The notes beneath the pieces were generated by a model. The model made no database searches and was not told the origin of the DNA. It worked only from the letters and a program-made list of their open reading frames with translations. Shown here in pieces: positions 7,492 through 17,180 of a stretch of 20,033 bases of DNA. How positions within the stretch are numbered: position 1 is the first letter of the stretch; each line of letters opens with the position of its first letter. The stretch comes from Nitrospinota bacterium (GTDB lineage: Bacteria > UBA8248), in contig JASLZZ010000064.1 of assembly GCA_030754595.1 (NCBI GenBank), positions 1-20,033 of the forward strand, given 5' to 3'. A program made the translations under genes and the position numbers.

Positions 7492-8697
7492 TCAACCAAC
7501 ACCCCCCGACTTGCGCAGCGCCCAGATATCTTCTTCGTTTTTCCCAAGCTCGCGCAAAACCTCGTCTGTGTGCTGTCCGAGGAGGGGGGCGGGCCTGCTG
7601 ACCCGCACGGGCGTCTCGGACATCTTCTGCGGAAGGGCGAGGACCCGCATCGGCCCGGCCACCGGGTGATCGACCTCGACGGCCATCTCCCGCGCCTGGA
7701 TTTGGGGATGATCGAAGGCCTCGGCCATGTCATGGATGGGCCCGCAGGGCACCTTGACCTCCCGGAGGCGATCGAGCCAATCGTCGCGGCTCCCTTTCGT
7801 CAGGGCCTCCTCGAGTTCGAGGGCGAGGGCGTCCTCGTTGTTCCCCCGGTCCCTCGGGGTGGAGTATTCGGGCCGCTCGAGAAGATCCGCGCGGCCGATA
7901 GCCCGGCACATGCGCTCCCAGTTGAGCTGACTTGTTCCACCGATGATGATGTAGCCATCGGCGCACCGAAACGCCTGGTAGGGGGCCGATATTTCGTGCT
8001 TCGTCCCCTTGGGCACGGGCGGCTCGCCCGACGGGAAGAACTGCGACGCCTGCCAGACGGTGTAGCCCAGCCCCGCGTCGGTGAGCGAGGTATCGATCCA
8101 CTGGCCCTTCCCGGTGCGGTGGCGGTGAAAGACCGCCGAGAGGATAGAGATCGCCGAATACATCCCGGCGTTCAGGTCGCAGAGGGGAACCGGGATTTTC
8201 ACCGGGTCCCGGCCCGGCTCGCCCGTAAAGCTCATCAGGCTGGAGAAGCCCTGCGAGATCAGATCGTAGCCGCCCTGGCCGGCGTAGGGTCCGGTTCGGC
8301 CAAAACCCGAAATCGAGGCGTAGATGATATCGGGTTTAATCTTCTTTAAATCCTCGTAGCCGAGACCCATGCGCTCCATCGCACCGGGCCGGACGTTTTC
8401 GACGATCGCGTCCGCCCCGGCCGCCAACTCCTCGAACACACCCTTTCCCGCCTCGGTCTTCAGGTCGACTACGATGCCGCGCTTGCTCCGGTTGAGGGTC
8501 ATGAAGGCGTAGCTCTCCTCTCCGGCGAAGTGCCGGCCGATTTTGCGCGAATGATCGCCGCCGGGCGGCTCGACCTTGATCACGTCCGCGCCCATGTCGG
8601 CCAGCACCGTGCCGCAGTATGGCCCCGCCAGATTCTGGCACGACTCGATCACTCTCAACCCCGCGAGGGCGCCCTCTCCCATCGGCTCTGGGTTCAT
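7492..8697 (-). CDS. Family III CoA-transferase (CaiB/BaiF)
   Basis: LAGLRVIE, AGPYCG..LADMGADVIKVEPP.GD, LNRSKR, ENVRPG, GYDLI.Q, catalytic D in PLCDLNAG, APLLGQHT. Confidence 0.95.
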   Translation of the reverse strand: MNPEPMGEGALAGLRVIESCQNLAGPYCGTVLADMGADVIKVEPPGGDHSRKIGRHFAGEESYAFMTLNRSKRGIVVDLKTEAGKGVFEELAAGADAIVENVRPGAMERMGLGYEDLKKIKPDIIYASISGFGRTGPYAGQGGYDLISQGFSSLMSFTGEPGRDPVKIPVPLCDLNAGMYSAISILSAVFHRHRTGKGQWIDTSLTDAGLGYTVWQASQFFPSGEPPVPKGTKHEISAPYQAFRCADGYIIIGGTSQLNWERMCRAIGRADLLERPEYSTPRDRGNNEDALALELEEALTKGSRDDWLDRLREVKVPCGPIHDMAEAFDHPQIQAREMAVEVDHPVAGPMRVLALPQKMSETPVRVSRPAPLLGQHTDEVLRELGKNEEDIWALRKSGGVG

Positions 8698-8728
8698 TTT
8701 TTGGCTTCCGTCCTTTTAGATGGTTTCG

Positions 8729-9568
8729 TTAGTTGAAATTCCGGACCAGTTCCGCCAGCACGTCCATCTTTGGCAAAAGCTTATCCGCGCCCAGCGCCGG
8801 AAGGTAGAAGATCATTCGGTGAAACCCTTCTTCCCGGTATCTCTCCAGCCCCGCCGGGTCGGGCGGCGCGAAAAACAGGGTCGCCGGTATCGGATCGCGC
8901 CCGGCCTCTCCGGCCATATCGTTCAGCTTCTTGATGTCGCCGGCATACGAGGCGTCCCCCGGGCGCAGGGGCATCCACTCGTCCCCGTAGCGCACCACCC
9001 GCTGGAGGGTGCGCGGGCCGTGGCCTCCGACAAGAACCGGCGGGTGGGGCTTCGCCGTCGGCTTGGGCCAGCACCAAATCGCGTCGAAGTTCACATGCTC
9101 GCCGTGATAGGTGGCCTCCTCCCGGGTCCAGATTTCCTTCATCGCCTCGATGCGCTCGCGCATCACCTTCCAGCGGCTCTTGAACTCGGTGCCGTGATTC
9201 GCCATCTCCTCGACGTTCCACCCCCCGCCAACCCCGAAGAGCACACGCCCGCCCGAAATAAAGTCCACGCTGGCCACCTCCTTGGCCATGACGATGGGGT
9301 CGCGCTGGATGACGAGACAGATGCCGGTTCCCACCTTCAGGCTCTTCGTGGCCGTGGCCGCGGCGGCCATCGCCACGAACGGGTCCAGGTTTCGGGGGTA
9401 TTCGTGGGGGAGATCGGCGCCGCCGGGCCAGGGCGTCGTCCGCGCGGCGGGGATATGGGTGTGCTCCGGAAAGAGAATCGACTCGAATCCGCGCGCCTCC
9501 GCCTCCCGGCCCAGATCGGCCGGGGGAAGAGTGTCCGCCGTGGGGAAAATGGCCAACCCGAATTTCAT
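8729..9568 (-). CDS. LLM-class oxidoreductase, probably F420-dependent (Rv2161c-like)
   Basis: GFES..FPEHTHIP, DPFV, RDPI..AKEVASVD..SGGR..FGVGGGWNVEEM.NHG and WPKP motifs. ATG 9568 after AGGAGG. Confidence 0.92.
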   Translation of the reverse strand: MKFGLAIFPTADTLPPADLGREAEARGFESILFPEHTHIPAARTTPWPGGADLPHEYPRNLDPFVAMAAAATATKSLKVGTGICLVIQRDPIVMAKEVASVDFISGGRVLFGVGGGWNVEEMANHGTEFKSRWKVMRERIEAMKEIWTREEATYHGEHVNFDAIWCWPKPTAKPHPPVLVGGHGPRTLQRVVRYGDEWMPLRPGDASYAGDIKKLNDMAGEAGRDPIPATLFFAPPDPAGLERYREEGFHRMIFYLPALGADKLLPKMDVLAELVRNFN

Positions 9569-9888
9569 GGCTCCGGCCTCCTGAATGAGAAAAGCGAAAT
9601 AATCACCCGCCCGGGGTGCCTCTATGACCCGCTTCATGCGCCGTCCACGGGAGAAGAGAGCAGCCGGGCGATTTATCCATTTCATATCGAATCGGCTTGA
9701 ACCCAGTATCTGATTTGTACCACGGCGTCGGGGTTTCCAGAAAACGAGCAAGGCGCCGGAAAGGAAAGCCCCGGTGCACTGGATTATCCACTATTCAAAT
9801 AAGCGGCGATTGGTCATAATCCGGGACGCACACCTTTAACCGCCCGCCGGTTCCACTTTCCTCCGCCCGGCTACGGGAGGCCGGTTCG

Positions 9889-11022
9889 ATGAAGCGTATT
9901 CCTTTCTGGATCTGGTCGCTCGTTCTGGGCGCGGCGATCGGGGCAGCAACTTTTTTCATTCCGGAAACGACGGCCAGCGCCTACCCTTGGACGGTCGGCC
10001 TGCTCACCCTTGCCGGCGGCATCGCCTGGATAAACGCCGCCAGCGAATCGCTCATTCACACCTCGGAGACTCTCTCTTCCCGGAACAACTAGAACCATTT
10101 CGTAGGCGGAACCATCGGCGAGATCGTTTCGACCCTCCCCGAGGTCGTCGTGATCGTTTTCGTCGTCGCCGTCGATCCGATCGCCGCCCTGCTCATCGCC
10201 ATCGTGACGATACACAACAACGCGGTGATCTTTTCGGTCTACTCGTTTTTCCTTCCCAAAACCACTGGGGACGGCGAATACGCCCTTCCGGCGCCGATCT
10301 ACAAGATAGGCCGCGAAGTCCTCATCGTCGGGAGCACGATCGCGCTCATCCTCGGATTCGTCTTCATCATGGGCCGCTTCGCCGACCCGCCAAAACAGGT
10401 GATAACGAGCGCGGAGACGGCCGGCATCGGCGTCCTCATGCTCTGCATCTTCGCGCTCTATCTCGGCTCGCTGTTCTCCCACTACAGCGAAAGCGAACTG
10501 CCCGAATCGCTCCACCTCGAGGACCGGAACCACGAACCCGCCGGCCGAATGATCGCCCTGTTCGCCGTCGGGACGATGGCCACCTTCCTCGGCGGCCACA
10601 TGGTCGCGGTATTCGCGGAGACGATGCTCCACAAGGTTCACCTCTCGCCCGTTCGCGCCGCCCTCGTCCTCACCTTCTTCGCCGGAATCGCCGAGATCTT
10701 CATCATCATCGAAAGCCACCTCAAAAAGGAATACGAGATTGCCCTCTCGAACGCCTTCGGCGGAATCACCCAGGTGAAATTCCTCATCTTTCCCTTCACC
10801 CTGATCGTCATCTCGGCGGGGCAGTGGCTCGGTCTCGCTCCTGAGGATTTTAGCGGCGTTCCCATCGACGGCACCCTAATTTTTCTCATGATTCAGCTCT
10901 TTCCCGTGTTTTTCGTGCTGTTCGAATTGATGCAGGACGGCCACACGCTCTCGAATTTCGACGGAGCGGCCATGCTCGGCCTGTTTTTGCTGATCATCTA
11001 CTTCCTGGTGACAATCGGCTAA
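9889..11022 (+). pseudogene. CaCA-superfamily (Na+/Ca2+ or Ca2+/H+) exchanger interrupted by one in-frame TAG
   Basis: ORFs 9889-10092 and 10150-11022 are in the same frame, separated only by TAG 10090-10092. Alpha-repeat-like motifs STLPE and AGIAE...ALSNAFGG, with many hydrophobic segments. Confidence 0.75.
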
Positions 11023-11052
11023 GGGCCGCCGTTGGCACGGGACCGCCCCCCG

Positions 11053-11096
11053 GACAAGTCCGCCGTCTGACAAGTCCGCCTCCGGGCAGGTCCGAC
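11053..11096. repeat. Three direct repeats with 16-bp period
   Basis: GACAAGTCCGCC at 11053 and 11069, variant GGCAGGTCCGAC at 11085. Confidence 0.7.
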
Positions 11097-11187
11097 TAGA
11101 GGCCCAGGCGCTGGCGCGGAGCCGCCCGCCGCCCTACAATCCGATCATTCAATCCATCCGAATCAGGCCGGCTAAAGGAGATACGCC

Positions 11188-11628
11188 ATGTTCGAAACCA
11201 CCCAGGGAAGCGTTGACATCGGGCTCACCACGCGCAACATCGAGGCCATGCGCGAATTTTATATCGGCGTCCTCGAACTCGAGGAGGTGGCCGTGCGCGA
11301 CATTCCGGGGGATTTCGTTTCCCAGGCCGCCTTCGGCACGAACGACCTCAGGCTCCACGCCCTCCGCTTCGGCGACATCCTCATCAAACTCCTCGAGTGG
11401 CCCGCCGCCCCGCCTGCGGCGCCGGACCCGCTGGCGGACACCCAGGCCGGCTTCCGCTACCTGACGTTCTGGGTGAAGGACATGGAGGCCGCCGCGGACC
11501 ACCTCAAGGCCGCGGGCGTCCGGCTCGAGTGCGAAATTCTCTCCCGCGTCCCCGAGCGAAAGCTCGTCTTCTTCAAGGACCCGGACGGCAACCTGATCGA
11601 GCTCAACTGGGTTGACCCGGCGGCATAG
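11188..11628 (+). CDS. VOC/glyoxalase family protein
   Basis: DIGL...NIEAMREFY..VL, YLTFWVKD and FFKDPDGNLIEL motifs. AAGGAG RBS. Confidence 0.9.
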   Translation: MFETTQGSVDIGLTTRNIEAMREFYIGVLELEEVAVRDIPGDFVSQAAFGTNDLRLHALRFGDILIKLLEWPAAPPAAPDPLADTQAGFRYLTFWVKDMEAAADHLKAAGVRLECEILSRVPERKLVFFKDPDGNLIELNWVDPAA

Positions 11629-11668
11629 ACGCCAATTCACTTTTCTTTTTAAGGGGAGGGGAAACCTC

Positions 11669-12991
11669 ATGGATTCGCTCAAGCAAAAAGCGCTCGACTT
11701 CATCGAATCACAGCGCGGCGAGGCGAGGGATATCTCCCGCGAGATATGGCGCTTCGCCGAGGTGGCGCTGGAGGAGTTCAAGTCGGCCGAGCTGCTCGAG
11801 GACCTCCTCGAGCAAAACGGCTTCGAGGTGCAGCGCGGGGTGGGCGACCTGCCCACCGCCTTCATCGCCCGGGGAGGCGAAGGCGGGCCGGTGATCGGCA
11901 TTCTGGGCGAGTACGACGCCCTGCCCCACTGCGGCCCCTCGCACAGCGAGCAGGGCCACGGCTGCGGCCACAACCTCTTCGGAACGGCCTGCGCCTACGC
12001 GGGCATCGCCGCCCTCCGCGCGCTGAAGGAGGGCGGTACCCCGGGACAGGTTGTCGTCTACGGCTGCCCCGCCGAGGAGACGCTGGAAGGAAAAGTCTAC
12101 ATGGCCCGCGACGGGGCCTTCGACGGCCTGGACGCCGTTCTCACCTGGCACCCCCACTGGGGAAACTACGCCCGCGGCGGCAGCACGAACGCCATGGACT
12201 CGATGGCCTTCGAGTTTTTCGGCGAAAGCGCCCACTCCGCCCGCGACCCCTGGAACGGCCGGAGCGCCCTCGACGGCATCGAGATCATGAACTACGGGGT
12301 GAACATGATGCGCGAGCACATGATCGAGGCGGCGCGAATCCACTACGTCATCAAGGACGGCGGCGTCGCGCCCAACGTCGTGCCCTCCTACGGGCGGGTG
12401 TGGTACTACGTCCGCGCCCCGAAGCGCACTATCGTCAAGGAGTTGACCGAACGGGTGAGGAACTGTGCCCGGGCGGGCGCGCTCGCCTCGGGGACCGAGA
12501 TGAAGGAGACCCTCCTCACCGCCGTCTACGAAACCCTGCCCAACATGGCCATATCGGAATGCATCCAGCGGAACCTCGAGGCCGTCGGCGCCCAAAGCTA
12601 CACAGACGAGGAACGCGCCTTCGCCAAAAGCGTCGGCTTCGACGAGCCCCTCTCCGAAGAGGTCCTTCCCCTCAACATGGAGCACACCCGGCCCAGCAAC
12701 GAGCGGGGGAACGTGAGCTGGATCGCGCCGCTGGGCAACCTCTACACCGCCTGCCACGCGCCGGGCACGCCCGGCCACAGCTGGCTCGCCACCCAGCAAT
12801 ACGGAATGGAGATCGGCGAGAAGGGGATGATCACCGCCGCGCGGGCGATGGTCACCTCGGCCCTCGAGCTGATGACCGACGAGGCGCTGATGAAGGCGGT
12901 CCGCGCCGAGTTCGAGGAGAAAACGCGGGGCTTCACCTACGACCCGCTGATTCCCAAGGTTCAGAAACCCAACCCGCTGGGGGTGCGCTAG
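11669..12991 (+). CDS. M20D amidohydrolase, AbgB (p-aminobenzoyl-glutamate hydrolase subunit B)-like
   Basis: LGEYDALP, GHGCGHNLFG, GCPAEE, LTWHP, GRSALD, RIHYVI..GG.APNVVP and PGHSW motifs. ATG 11669 after GGGGAGG. Confidence 0.92.
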   Translation: MDSLKQKALDFIESQRGEARDISREIWRFAEVALEEFKSAELLEDLLEQNGFEVQRGVGDLPTAFIARGGEGGPVIGILGEYDALPHCGPSHSEQGHGCGHNLFGTACAYAGIAALRALKEGGTPGQVVVYGCPAEETLEGKVYMARDGAFDGLDAVLTWHPHWGNYARGGSTNAMDSMAFEFFGESAHSARDPWNGRSALDGIEIMNYGVNMMREHMIEAARIHYVIKDGGVAPNVVPSYGRVWYYVRAPKRTIVKELTERVRNCARAGALASGTEMKETLLTAVYETLPNMAISECIQRNLEAVGAQSYTDEERAFAKSVGFDEPLSEEVLPLNMEHTRPSNERGNVSWIAPLGNLYTACHAPGTPGHSWLATQQYGMEIGEKGMITAARAMVTSALELMTDEALMKAVRAEFEEKTRGFTYDPLIPKVQKPNPLGVR

Positions 12992-14166
12992 GCCCCTAGC
13001 TTCTCGGCGGTCCAGTCGGCCAGATAAGAAACCACCGGCTGGAGGTAGTCCATGTGGCAGTGCTGGGCTCCGCCGTCGGGGCCGCTATAGACGCGCATCG
13101 TCTTGTCCTTTGAGCCCACCGCGTTGAAGAGCTTTTTCGCGTCGCTCAGCGGAATCTGCTGGTCGTCGTCGCCGTGGACGAGCAGGAACGGGCACTTCAT
13201 CTTCTTCGCCACCCCGTCGAGCCGGAAGCCCTCGAGTTTCACGAGCGCCTCCTCGGCCGTTTTCGTGTTTAAACTCCAGGCCAGGTGGGAGCCCGGCGAG
13301 GGAAGCTGAATCTTATAGGCGGCCTCTATGCGCCGCTTCCAGATGGCGTGATAGTCCCACTGCGCCCCCCAGGCGACGGCGGCTTTGAAGCGCCGCTCCA
13401 TAGCCGCCGTGCGCGGGGCGTAGTATCCCCCGAGGCTCGACGCGAAAATGGCGGCGCGCCGGGCGTTCACATCCTTTCGCTTCTCGAGCCAGTCCAGGAT
13501 GGCCGTGCCGGCCACCTCGTAGTCGTGGCGCAGGTAAATCCCCCGGAAGCGGATGGCCTCGCCCACACCGGGCGTATCGGCGAGCACGACGCTCATCCCC
13601 CTGCGGACGAGGGCCAGCGTCGCCAGCGCGAAACCGCCCTCTTTCGTTCCGTCGAAGCCGGTGTACTGGACCACCACGGGCGGCCTCGCTTTTTTCGTGT
13701 TCTGGGCGTGGATGAAATAGGCGGGCAGCTTCTTATTGCCCTCGAAGGGAATCTCGACGACCTCGGCGCGGGGGCTGTCCGTCAGCCGAAGGTAGCGGTG
13801 AAAACAATCGATGGACCTTCGGTAGAGCGCCTTCGATTTCTTGTTCTTGGGGAACATGAAGCGGTCGGCCGCCTGATAATAATTGCAGGCGCGGTTGTAG
13901 CAATCCGCCGCTGTGTAGGCGTTCCCCTTCCGCTGGGCGGCCTGGGCCATGGCGCGAACGCGGTCGCCCATCCGCACCCACTCGCGGACCCAGGCCCTGT
14001 CGTTGCCCTCCTTGCCCTCGAGGCGCCGGCAAATCTCGAAAATCTCCGAGGTGTCGGCGGCGCCTCCCTGAACCCGCATCAGGTTTATCGAGGTGATGAA
14101 CGACCAGCGGTAGTCTTTCGGAAACGCGGTGAACCACTGCCTCTTGCGAGTTGCCTTGACCGCCAT
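12988..14166 (-). CDS. Alpha/beta hydrolase, 2,6-dihydroxypseudooxynicotine hydrolase/FrsA-like
   Basis: RA.NYY..A, VEIPFEG..LPAY, GFDGTKE, DTPGVGE, SLGGYYAPR.AA.E.R, HG.DD.QIP and GGAQHC motifs. Confidence 0.9.
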   Translation of the reverse strand: MAVKATRKRQWFTAFPKDYRWSFITSINLMRVQGGAADTSEIFEICRRLEGKEGNDRAWVREWVRMGDRVRAMAQAAQRKGNAYTAADCYNRACNYYQAADRFMFPKNKKSKALYRRSIDCFHRYLRLTDSPRAEVVEIPFEGNKKLPAYFIHAQNTKKARPPVVVQYTGFDGTKEGGFALATLALVRRGMSVVLADTPGVGEAIRFRGIYLRHDYEVAGTAILDWLEKRKDVNARRAAIFASSLGGYYAPRTAAMERRFKAAVAWGAQWDYHAIWKRRIEAAYKIQLPSPGSHLAWSLNTKTAEEALVKLEGFRLDGVAKKMKCPFLLVHGDDDQQIPLSDAKKLFNAVGSKDKTMRVYSGPDGGAQHCHMDYLQPVVSYLADWTAEKLGA

Positions 14167-14223
14167 GAAGGCTCTCCATTTTAAATAGATAAATAAAAAA
14201 ACCCGTCTCTCGGCTTCCGCCGC

Positions 14224-14952
14224 TTACCACCCGAACGATTCGAGGTGCGCCCGGAGATGGCCGGCGGTGGGAAATTTCCTGGAAATGAGGTCGCGCCTCA
14301 GCCCGCGGCAGATATTCTTGATCATCGGCGGCTGGCCGGCATAGCGCTTCCGCCCGCCATCGGCGTCGTAGAGGATGCGCACGAGCTCGATCACGTCCTC
14401 CCTGATCTTCGAGCGGTCGGTCCGCCCCCACTGGTAAAAATCCACTAGCTTGACGTTGAAGTTGATCCCGCTGCGCGTCACGAGGATGTTGCCGTCGTGG
14501 ATGTCGCCGTGATATTCGCGAGCGTGGTGAATCTGCTCGATGCCGGTGGCCAGGGCGTTCAGGAGGTGAAGCGCCTCGAAGGGCCGAAGCCGCTTTCCGG
14601 GCTGGGCGGCGATGAAATCCGAAAGAAGCTGGCCCTCGGCCAGATAGCTGATGAGAAACGTGATCTTCACCCTCCGGAAGGTGAAGGTGTCCGAATGGTG
14701 GTACTGGATGACCACGGGGCAGTGCCGGAGCCGGTGCAGCTTGGTCGCGTAGAAGCGAACCGCCTTGTCCTTGAAGTTGCGTTCCGGATAGAAGAGTTTC
14801 ATGGCGCCCCTAATCCCCGTCGTTCGCTCCATGACGCGGTAGACCTCGCCCTCCCATCCAGAACCGAGCAGACCCTCGACGAAATATTTTCTCGCGGGGA
14901 TGCGCCCCGGATTCAGATCGAACGCTTCGATTCGATGAAGAGCGTTGACCAT
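14224..14952 (-). CDS. Short Ser/Thr protein-kinase-like protein
   Basis: LGSGWEGEVY Gly-loop, AMKLF lysine, HGDIHDGNILV catalytic loop, KLVDFY. Confidence 0.85.
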   Translation of the reverse strand: MVNALHRIEAFDLNPGRIPARKYFVEGLLGSGWEGEVYRVMERTTGIRGAMKLFYPERNFKDKAVRFYATKLHRLRHCPVVIQYHHSDTFTFRRVKITFLISYLAEGQLLSDFIAAQPGKRLRPFEALHLLNALATGIEQIHHAREYHGDIHDGNILVTRSGINFNVKLVDFYQWGRTDRSKIREDVIELVRILYDADGGRKRYAGQPPMIKNICRGLRRDLISRKFPTAGHLRAHLESFGW

Positions 14953-15087
14953 CGCACCAGCCTTTTTGTAACCGGTCTTTTTTATGTGGAGAACAGGCGC
15001 ATTGTAGTCCGATACCGGGCCGGGCGAAACAGCGCCGCAGCAGATTTACCTCGCTGCCAAAAACCCCGCGGCCGATTGACCCGCCGC

Positions 15088-15624
15088 TCATTCATCCTCC
15101 GGCGGGAGATCTCCCAGGGAGTGAAGCTCGAGGAGCGCCTCCCCCGCTGTAATCTGCGCCCCCGCCTCGACATGGATCCGCCCTACGCGGGCGGGTGCGG
15201 CGGCGCGGACGGCGTGCTCCATCTTCATGGCCTCGGCGATGAGAAGGACCTGCCCGGACTCGACGGAATCCCCCTCCGAGACGCGGACCTCGAGAACTCT
15301 GCCCGGAAGCTCAGCCCGGACGGGGCCGAAATCTCCCGCGCCCGCCTCGCGCGCTCCACCCTCTCCGGCGCTCTCCCCGTCCTCGAGCGGGAACGCCGCC
15401 AGGCGGCCCCCGATCACCACCTCGGCTTTTCCGTCCCTGATCTCGACGGCGGCGGAGACTTTTCGCCCCTCGCGGCCCTCGCGGCCCGCGACCTCGAAGG
15501 TGATGAGCCCCTCCTCCCAGGCGAGGAGGCGGACGGGATACTCCCGCTCCCCGATGTTAATCGCGTAGCCGCCCGGCCCCGGGGAGACCTCGGCCGCGCG
15601 GCCCTTAAAAATCAAGCGCGTCAT
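15088..15624 (-). CDS. Biotin carboxyl carrier subunit (BT-like plus BCCP domain)
   Basis: EAMKMEH biotinylation motif. The start overlaps the upstream stop as ATGA (15624-15621). Confidence 0.9.
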   Translation of the reverse strand: MTRLIFKGRAAEVSPGPGGYAINIGEREYPVRLLAWEEGLITFEVAGREGREGRKVSAAVEIRDGKAEVVIGGRLAAFPLEDGESAGEGGAREAGAGDFGPVRAELPGRVLEVRVSEGDSVESGQVLLIAEAMKMEHAVRAAAPARVGRIHVEAGAQITAGEALLELHSLGDLPPEDE

Positions 15625-17159
15625 GCCGCCCCTCCCGGTATCCAGCCGCCGGGGCGGCTCCATGGATCGGAGCGTCTTTCGTTCTCGTCGCTTCGGTCCT
15701 CGGAACGGCCCGCCCTCGGCGGGCTCATCGCCGAAAGATAGACCCCGAGCGCGGCGGCGATTCGCGCGTCCTCCGTCTCTTCCTCCAGAATTTCACCGGA
15801 GAGCTCATCTTCCCACTGCTCGATAAAATCCGTCGCCAGCTCTCCCGAGCGGAATGCAGGATGCCCGGCCACAGCGGCGAGAAAAGACTGATTCGTCCGG
15901 AGGCCGGTGAGCCGGAGGGCGGCGAGCGCCCCCGAGAGGCGGGCGAGGGAGGCGGGACGGTCCTCCCCCCAGGCGATGATTTTCGCCAGCAGCGGATCGT
16001 AGTCGGTGGGGACGACACTGTCCGTAGCGACCCCGGTGTCCACCCGGACCCCCTCCCCGCCCGGCAGATCAAGAGCGCGGACATTCCCACCCTGTGGGAT
16101 GAAGTCCCGCGCGGGGTCCTCGGCGTAAAGCCGCGCCTCGGCGGCGTGCCCATTGAAGCGGACTTGCGGCTGGGCGATGGGCAGCCGGTCCTCGGCGGCG
16201 ACCTGAATTTGCAGGGCGACCAGATCCAGCCCCGTCGTCATCTCGGTGACCGGGTGTTCGACCTGGAGGCGGGCGTTGATCTCTAGAAAATAAAATTCAT
16301 CGCCCTCTCCGACGAGAAACTCCACCGTCCCCGCCCCCCGGTAGTTCAACCTCTCACCGAGGCGGACGGCGGCGGCGAGGATTTCCTCGCGCAGCGGGGG
16401 AGGGAGCCCCGGGGCAGGCGACTCCTCGAAAACCTTCTGGTAGCGCCGCTGGACCGAGCACTCGCGCTCGCCGAGGTGAATCGCCGCCCCGCTTCCGTCG
16501 CCCAGAATCTGAACCTCCACATGGCGCGCGGCGGAGAGCATTTTTTCGAGGTAGAGCCCCCCGTCCCCGAAGGCGGCCAGCGCCTCCGCGCGGGCCGAGG
16601 CGACAGCTTCCTCGATTTCCCCGGGCGAATCCGCCCGGCGCATGCCGCGCCCTCCCCCGCCGCCGACGGCCTTGACGAACACCGGATAGCCGAGGCGTCC
16701 GGCCTCGGCTCTCCAGCTCTCGACGCTCCATGCCTCGGCATCCCCCTCCGGCGGAGCCACCCCCGGAATGATCGGAACCCCCGCCTCCCCGGCAGCGGCT
16801 CGCGAGGCGATCTTGTCGCCCGCCGCGCGAAGGGTCTCGGGCGCGGGGCCGATGAACACGAGCCCTATCTCACTGCATGCCTCGGCGAATGGGGCCTGCT
16901 CGCTGAGGAAGCCGTAGCCGGGATGTACCGCATCGGCCCCGCAGTGAATGGCGGCCCCGACGATCCGCTCGACGTTCAGATAGCTCTCGGCGGGCGACGC
17001 CGGGCCGATGGGGTGGGCCTCGTCCGCCAACCGGACGTGGAGCGCCTCCCGGTCCGCCTCGCTGTGGACCGCCGCCGCGCGAATTCCCAACTCGCGGCAG
17101 GCGCGGACGATCCGGCAGGCGATCTCGCCCCGGTTCGCGATGAGGATTTTAGAGAACAT
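15621..17159 (-). CDS. Biotin carboxylase subunit of acyl-CoA carboxylase (MCC alpha-like, lacking BCCP)
   Basis: KILIANRGEIA, HPGYGFLSE, GGGGRGMR, ERECSVQRR.QK, EINARLQVEHPVTE and YDPLLAK motifs. Confidence 0.95.
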   Translation of the reverse strand: MFSKILIANRGEIACRIVRACRELGIRAAAVHSEADREALHVRLADEAHPIGPASPAESYLNVERIVGAAIHCGADAVHPGYGFLSEQAPFAEACSEIGLVFIGPAPETLRAAGDKIASRAAAGEAGVPIIPGVAPPEGDAEAWSVESWRAEAGRLGYPVFVKAVGGGGGRGMRRADSPGEIEEAVASARAEALAAFGDGGLYLEKMLSAARHVEVQILGDGSGAAIHLGERECSVQRRYQKVFEESPAPGLPPPLREEILAAAVRLGERLNYRGAGTVEFLVGEGDEFYFLEINARLQVEHPVTEMTTGLDLVALQIQVAAEDRLPIAQPQVRFNGHAAEARLYAEDPARDFIPQGGNVRALDLPGGEGVRVDTGVATDSVVPTDYDPLLAKIIAWGEDRPASLARLSGALAALRLTGLRTNQSFLAAVAGHPAFRSGELATDFIEQWEDELSGEILEEETEDARIAAALGVYLSAMSPPRAGRSEDRSDENERRSDPWSRPGGWIPGGAA

Positions 17160-17180
17160 GGGGGCCCCGAGGGGAGGCGC

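Noticed and set aside
1653..10092. Genome-wide TAG reassignment suggested by two in-frame ambers
   Set aside because: TAG ends many full-length genes here at the expected positions (3238, 4860, 6576, 11628, 12988, 12991, 17181).
8720..15741. Long opposite-strand or alternate-frame ORFs (8720-9700, 9871-10719, 11708-12799, 11746-12999, 13285-14184, 14497-15741)
   Set aside because: They overlap well-supported genes and have the low-information Arg/Gly/Pro-rich composition of GC-rich shadow frames.
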